In this document: positions 57,508 through 64,000 of the stretch, in pieces
How positions within the stretch are numbered: position 1 is the first letter of the stretch
Layout of the letters: each line of letters begins with the position of its first letter
Assembly: GCF_963676685.1 (NCBI RefSeq)
Contig: NC_092354.1
Location: 75,392,001-75,456,000, forward strand
DNA from: Mytilus edulis
Lineage: Eukaryota
DNA: 64,000 nucleotides
Direction: 5' to 3'
The notes under the pieces: generated by a model
Databases searched by the model: none
What the model was told of the DNA's origin: nothing
Seen by the model: only the letters and a program-made list of their open reading frames with translations
Translations under genes and position numbers: made by a program

Positions 57508-58709
57508 TTTAACTTTACCACACTTAACCCTTGATTCATTAGCTTCTTTTTAGTTTAGTTTAAACATATTTTATTTCCTGAATTAAAGCAAAATGGATTA
57601 GACACAAGTAAATCATACTTATGAAGTCTTCTCCGTAATACAATATAAAGTTGCAATACTAGTATAATATAATGGACATGCAAATAAAGCAAACAGTTTA
57701 TAGAATATAATACTAGCTTTCATAGGTAAAAAAAGTGGAGAGAAAGTAAAAAGAGAAAAAAGAAGGTTTGAAAAGTCGTATAATTTTGTGACGATGACTT
57801 GTGTATTGATGACGACGATGACGTTCCGTGCAAGTAATAATAACGCTCTATCAAGGCATAAGAAGTCTGTTTGACCTTTTTATGAAATTTTAAACATGTT
57901 TGAAAATTTGAATATTTTGTTCGTTCGAAAGTTCCATGTGTCCGCAAATTAAAAGTTTTGTATCTAAAACAAAGTTTTCGGATAGCCAGTTAAGGTTATT
58001 GAATAAGGTTTTTCTACATAATGTGTATTTTGGACAAACAAAGAAGTAATCATGGTAGACATCCTAAATATCGGACCCACAATGGCAAGAAGGATCTTTT
58101 ATAATATTAGCTCTAGATAGGTCATTGTTTAAGAATGGAGTTTCTTTGTAAGCAGCAACCGTCCATCAAGGGAAACCATGAGTTCTAACTTAAACCGCTA
58201 ACTTAAACCGAGACTTATGAGGATAGCTAAGAGCAGGAATCTGAAACAAATAAACAGGTACATGTACTTCAAAATTGAAAATTAAATTGCAGTTAGAGAT
58301 TTATGTTTTGTTTTCAAATGATTCTTATAATAGTCAAATCTTAATTTGCAAGGCTACCTATAACTAATTGCAGCACAAGTCCCCCCCCCCCCCCCACCCG
58401 GAAAACAAGGATATTACTATCTATGAACAACATACGTAGAAAATGACAAAGCATGATACTTTTTCGAAAGTGGTGTAATAAATCAAAAGTTTTCGGCAAA
58501 ATTGGATAGTATTCCAGTAGTTAAAATGCCTGCATACACGAAATAACGACCTCCTTGCGTTCTTACTTTGTTGAGTACATGTATGTATTTACTCCACAGT
58601 ACCCAACGGACTATACTGGAGTGTAGCCTTTGGTTGAATTTTATTTAATTTAAACTAGTTGACAAATTGAATTATCACCTTTTTTTTCTCGATAGTAACA
58701 TTTTATGCG

Positions 58710-58937
58710 GAAAAGGATCTACTTACCCTTCCGTAGGACCTGAGACACTCAGTTTTTGGTGGGGTTCGTGTTGTTTATTCTTTAGTTTTCTATGTTGTGT
58801 CATGCATATGTGTACTGATGTTTGTCTGTTTGTCCTTTTCATTTTTAACCATGGCGTTGTCAGTTTATTTTCGATTTATGAGTTTGACTGTCCCTCTAGT
58901 TTCTTTCGTCCCTCTGGTATCTTTTGTCCCTCTTTTG
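58710..58937. mobile_element. Short non-autonomous copy of the Penelope-like 3' end (others near 37050-37260 and 60600-60775)
   Basis: Reverse complement of 29220-29425 (aaggatct.cttacccttccg...tttagttttctatgttgtgtcatg...ggtatcttt.gtccctctttt). Confidence 0.75.
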
Positions 58938-59125
58938 TGGATTTTGTTAGTAACAACTTATGTTTCCTGTGTTCACTAAATGGTTGGTTTGTGTTGCTCT
59001 TTTACTTGAATCAAGAAGAAATATGAAATAAACATAAGATATAATCTTTAAATTTTATTATGGCATACATATCCGCTGTTATTAATAACTGCATGTATAC
59101 ATGATTTTTGTAATCATCTTTCCGA

Positions 59126-62100
59126 TTAATAACCTCTTCGAGCTGAAATAGAAATGTTTAGTACGATGAACATGTATTATACATTGTGTCATATTGAAGC
59201 GCTTTTCTCATTCTAATTACTTATATCCGAAACAATCAGACCAAAAATAAATGCTTGAGAAAGCCGTACGGCCAAAATGAACATATAAGGAGAGCTACAC
59301 CTACAAAATGTATTTAAGGCCAACTTCACTTAATAGAGTTCGAAGCGAAGGTTTTCAATTATTTCGTAATCTATCAACGAAATATTTAAGAAATATATAG
59401 AAGTAAACCACTTACTACTTTGACGGTGATTTAGAAACACAATAGGCAATTTACCTTGTGCACCCAATTTTGTCAATATGACGGAACTAAAAGAACAAAT
59501 GATTCATCCCGATATGCAATATTCTACTGTGGTGTACTTTGTGTGGTAGACATAAGTGTCCGTTGTTATTCTGTGTATTACATGTTGTAATATTATACAA
59601 TTACTGTCTTTTGATGAGGTAAATGTGTAGTTTTATTGACTTTTGAAAAACTGATATTCACTGAGGCCAACGGCCGAAGTGAATATCAGTTTTTCAAAAG
59701 TCAATTAAACCACATATTTACCGAAACAAAAGACAGTAATTGTTTTATTCCATATTCCGAGAGAAATGTATGTAATGGCAATTATTAACCAAAACCAATT
59801 GTACATCAATCGTTTTTTTACCAAAATAGTGCAGGTAAAAGCACGCGACGTTATGCGCGGTGAATATCCTTTTTCCGCAGGTGAATATGCTTCCATTCAT
59901 ATAGAAACACCTACTAAAGTTTTATCAATATGGAATAAACTATTGTATTATGTATTTATGTATTTCTCTGTCATGAGCGCTCTTTCGTTTATTTGTACTG
60001 TATTTCTGTTACGTAATGTTGTCTTTTTAGCAGAACTGTTTTATTATTGCATTATAAGCCATAAAACCAGGTTCAACCCACCAGTTCTTCTTCAAATGTT
60101 CTGTACCAAGTCCGGAATATGGCAGTTGTTATGAAATAGTCCGTTTCTATATATGTATGTTGGCGTTTGATTTTGTAGCAGTTCATCAGTATTTTTGTTA
60201 TTCCGTTGTTTTCCTCATATAGTTGATGTGTTTCTCTCGGTTTTGGTTTGTGACCCGGATTTGTTTTTGCTTAATAGATTCATGGCTATTGAACAGCGAT
60301 ATATTACTGTGGCCTTTGTTGAAATTCGATTAAGAACACAAATATAAAGAACCTAAATGACATTTTAAAAATTGCGTTTTTCATTTGATTTAAAATGGTT
60401 CTGAATATATTTGGAAAATAACATTCGTTTATCCTAATTATTGACCTACGTGGCAGGTTGCATTCACAAATTCCACACCCATCAGTACCAGCTTTGAACC
60501 CATGTTCACAGTACATTTCGCATATAACATCTGACCAGCGAGCTAAAAAATGATTGAGCAAAGCTCATAGATCATGGATCATTGATTTTACATACGTTTA
60601 TGAGCGTCGAAGGATACCAAACGGACATTCAAACTCAAAGAGACAAACAGCACTACAGAATACACAACATAGAAAACCCAAGACAGTGCAACGCGAACCC
60701 CACCAAGACTAGGGGTGATCTCAGGTGATTCGAAATGGTAGGAAGATCCCACTCCACATGTCGCACCCAGTAACGTTCCCTTCATTTATTGTTTATAAGA
60801 AGACTTTTTTTTCCTCCAGAGTGTCTTTACAAAGTAATTTCAATAACATTCGATTACCAATATATAAACTTTCTATCTATGGTAAGCTGTTCCTCTATTT
60901 AAAGAATAATTACGCTTTTTTTACAGACTTACGTGGTTTGTTGCATTTACAAATTGCACATCCGGCGGCGTCAAGTATAAATCTATGTGCACAGTACATT
61001 CCACAATTAACATCCGGGCAGTGAGCTGAAAATGACTCAAAGGTTATGAATTTTTACCTAAGTTCAAATATAAAATTTCGTTTAAATCAAGTAAAAAGGA
61101 AAGAATTTGAACAAATATATGTGAGACAACTGTTCCTTGTAACACCAGCTAATATCCATATATTGTTGGAATAGCTTCCGTAATTGCTGTTAAACATATC
61201 GCCAGTTGTGTTATGCTCATGAGTGTTAACACTATATATGTAACATTTGTTAATGACTCTAACCATAATATAGATCTATAGAAAACCTTCCAGACAAATC
61301 TTTAAGAATCTGCGTTATCAAGTTATGATAGTCATGCTTGTATTTTGAATCGTTTAGAAAGGGTCAAATGTTTAACTCTGTTTTCAAAGGTAATCTGAAA
61401 ACAGTAGATCGGAAAGCTGTATAGTACAGTTATTCATTTAAACATTAATCATTCGCGGCGTATTGACAGTAATAAGTAATCAATTGTAGCTTTTTTCATA
61501 TCCATGTTTTCAGTCGATGTACTTCTTTCTGGTTGATATATAATCGTTTTGACATCATATAGATGAAATATAACTGTGGAATATTCAATACCTTTATTTT
61601 ACACGAACAGATAAAACTAGAGGCTCTAAAGAGCCTGTGTCGCTCACCTTGGTCTATGTGAATATTAAACAATGGACACAGATGGATTCATGACAACATT
61701 GTGTTTTGGTGATGGTGATGTGTTTGTAGATCTTACTTTACTAAACATTCTTGCTGCTTACAATTATCTCTATCTATAACAGTACTTTCTGTGGAAAATG
61801 TTATTGAAAATCTTCAAATTTTAAGAAAATTGTTAAAAATTGACTATGAAGGGCAATAACTCCTTAGGGGGACAATTGACTATTTTGGTCATATTGACTT
61901 ATTTTTAGTTCTTACTTTGCTGTACATTATTGCTGTTTACAGTTTATCTCTATCTATAATAATATTCAAGATAATAACCAAAAACAGCATGTCCGATTCA
62001 TCTGAAAATTTCAGGGCAGATAGGTCTTGACCTGATGAACAATTTTACCGCTGTCAGATTTGCTCTAAATGCTTTGGTTTTTGAGTTATAAGCCAAAAAC

Positions 62101-63585
62101 TGCATTTTACCCCTATGTTCTATTTTTAGCCATGGCGGCCATCTTGGTTGGTTGGGCGGGGCACCGGACACATTTTTTAAACTAGATACCCCAATGATGA
62201 TTATGGCCAAGTTTGGTTAAATTTGGCCCAGTAGTATCAGAGGAGAAGATTTTTCTAAAAGATTACTAAGATTTACGAAAAATGTTAAAAAATTGACTAT
62301 AAAGGGCAATAACTCCTAAAGTGGTCAACTGACCATTTTGGTCATGTTGACTTATTTTTAGATCTTACTTTGCTGAACATTATTGCTGTTTACAGTTTAT
62401 CTCTATCTATAATAATATTCAAGATAATAACCAAAAACAGCAAAATGTCCTTAAAATTACCATTTCCGGGGCAGCAACCCAACAACGAAATGTCCGATTC
62501 ATCTGAAAATTTCAAGGCAGATAATCTTGACCTGATGAACAATATTACCCCATGTCAGATTTGCTCTAAATGCTTTGGTTTTTGAGTTATAAGCCAAAAA
62601 CTGCATTTTACCCCTATGTTCTATTTTTAGCCATGGCGGCCATCTTGGTTGGTTGGGCGGGGCACCGGACACATTTTTTAAACTAGATACCCTAATGATG
62701 ATTATGGCCAAGTGTGGTTAAATTTGGCCCAGTAGTATCAGAGGAGAAGATTTTTCTAAAAGATTACTAAGATTTACGAAAAATGGTTAAAAATTGACTA
62801 TAAAGGGCAATAACTCCTAAAGTGGTCAACTGACCATTTTGGTCATGTTGACTTATTTGTAGATCTTACTTTGCTGAACATTATTGCTGTTTACAGTTTA
62901 TCTCTATCTATAATAATATTCAAGATAATAACCAAAAACAGCAAAATTTCCTTAAAATTACCATTTCCGGGGCAGCAACCCAACAACGAAATGTCCGATT
63001 CATCTGAAAATTTCAGGGCAGATAATCTTGACCTGATGAACAATCCCCGTGTCAGATTTGCTCTAAATGCTTTGGTTTTTGAGTTATAAGCCAAAAACTG
63101 CATTTTACCCCTATGTTCTATTTTTAGCCATGGCGGCCATCTTGGTTGGTTGGCCGGGTCACCGGACACATTTTTTAAACTAGATACCCCAATGATGATT
63201 GTGGCCAAGTTTTGTTAAATTTGGCTCAGTAGTTTCAGAGGAGAAGATTTTTGTAAAAGTTAACGCAGGACGACGACGGACGACGGACGCCGGACGCCAA
63301 GTGATGAGAAAAGCTCACTTGGCCTTTCGGCCAGGTGAGCTAAAAAACCCAAGTGTATTGTTTTATTTTTCAAAGTGTGTGTACAAAGTCAGTACTTCAG
63401 CAGTCAATCACAAATGAATAAAAGTTACCGTTCAGTAAGCTGTCCCAGTTTTCATGAAATAAGTTTAGCTTATTATACAGACGTACGAGGTGTGTTGCAA
63501 TCGGAATTCTCACATCCATTAGCGTCCACTTTAAACCCATTTTCACAGAACCTATTACATATCAGTGGAACATTGGAACATTGGG
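59126..63585 (-). CDS. 3' part of an antistasin-domain protease-inhibitor-like gene; exons 63585-63487, 61025-60933, 60542-60450, 59142-59126
   Basis: Three symmetric phase 1-1 GT-AG exons, each C-x4/6-C-xxx-C-xx-(G/R)F-xxxxx-GC-xx-C-x-C (e.g. CPDVNCGMYCAHRFILDAAGCAICKC), then a mini terminal exon RRGY*. The 5' end lies beyond the window. Confidence 0.78.
59598..59742. repeat. Long hairpin (~65-bp arms) with a GC-rich apical structure
   Basis: caattactgtctttt...gaaaaactgatattcact gaggccaacggccga agtgaatatcagtttttc...aaaagacagtaattg. Confidence 0.85.
61616..63347. mobile_element. Helentron-associated non-autonomous element (HINE/DINE-1-like) with ~500-bp core tandem repeats, in an antistasin intron
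   Basis: Starts aactagaggctctaaagagcctg (hairpin) gtcgctcacc; ~3 copies of a 497-501-bp core; (gacg)n microsatellite; ends aagctcacttggcctttcggccaggtgagctaaaaa. Confidence 0.8.
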
Positions 63586-64000
63586 CTGAAACACGATTTG
63601 GAATAATCATTTCATCATTTTATCTTTAGTACGCTATGTTCTCAAATAAGCTTAGCCTAGTAGAAGCAGGTCAGACTAGTTAAATGGCCATCTCAATAAA
63701 CAAAAGGTATTAAAAAATTAAAACAACACTTCATAAAGTGAACTACTTAGCTTTACTTTATTTTCCTAATTTCCCTATTATCAGCTCCTCAATTTTGTAA
63801 ATATTAATGGATTTTCAAATATACACATGAAAAAAAGTATTGCAACACCAAATTGAAATTGAAATTAAAAAAAACACTTCATTTTTTTGTGATATAGATT
63901 GATGAAATACAACTAGTTAAACATGATTTAAATATCATCTGAGTTTAATCAATAAATATCGACTCGACAAGTTGTTATCTGCACATACAGCTACTAGACC

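Noticed and set aside
61998-63417. Repeated 70-105-aa ORFs
   Set aside because: Translations of the Helentron-type core repeat, with no protein features.

Overview
AT-rich, repeat-dense animal genomic DNA; the repeat families suggest a bivalve such as Mytilus (inference). There is one 100-N assembly gap at 13634-13733. The main feature is a complete 19.26-kb Polinton/Maverick (adintovirus-like) endogenous virus at 38245-57507, with AGTAGT...ACTACT ends, a perfect 6-bp TSD (TTTAAC) and ~480-500-bp imperfect TIRs that contain telomeric (TTAGGG) repeats. Its right arm is an intron-free, tightly overlapping leftward gene run: hypothetical, integrase-chromodomain, penton, basic core protein, major capsid, adenain, packaging ATPase, two small ORFs, then pPolB. 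A 1305-bp tandem duplication covers the pPolB 5' end. Its left arm, which the ORF track shows only as fragments, assembles by hand into a spliced accessory cassette: a 4-exon type I membrane protein, a 3-exon PC4-like/poly-Glu protein, and a 2-exon BC/SOCS-box-like protein whose intron holds an antisense gene for a membrane-anchored PC4-like domain. This cassette is the best candidate for an undescribed system. The host DNA contains two convergent paralogous C2H2 zinc-finger arrays, a 4-exon Rv2258c-like SAM methyltransferase with a pseudogene paralog, and antistasin-domain exons. It also carries many mobile elements: Transib-like (CACTGTG ends), IS3EU-like, Kolobok-like, PIF-like, Helentron-like, Penelope-like RT, SINEs and long hairpins. 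All family assignments come from motif recognition by eye, with no database search.
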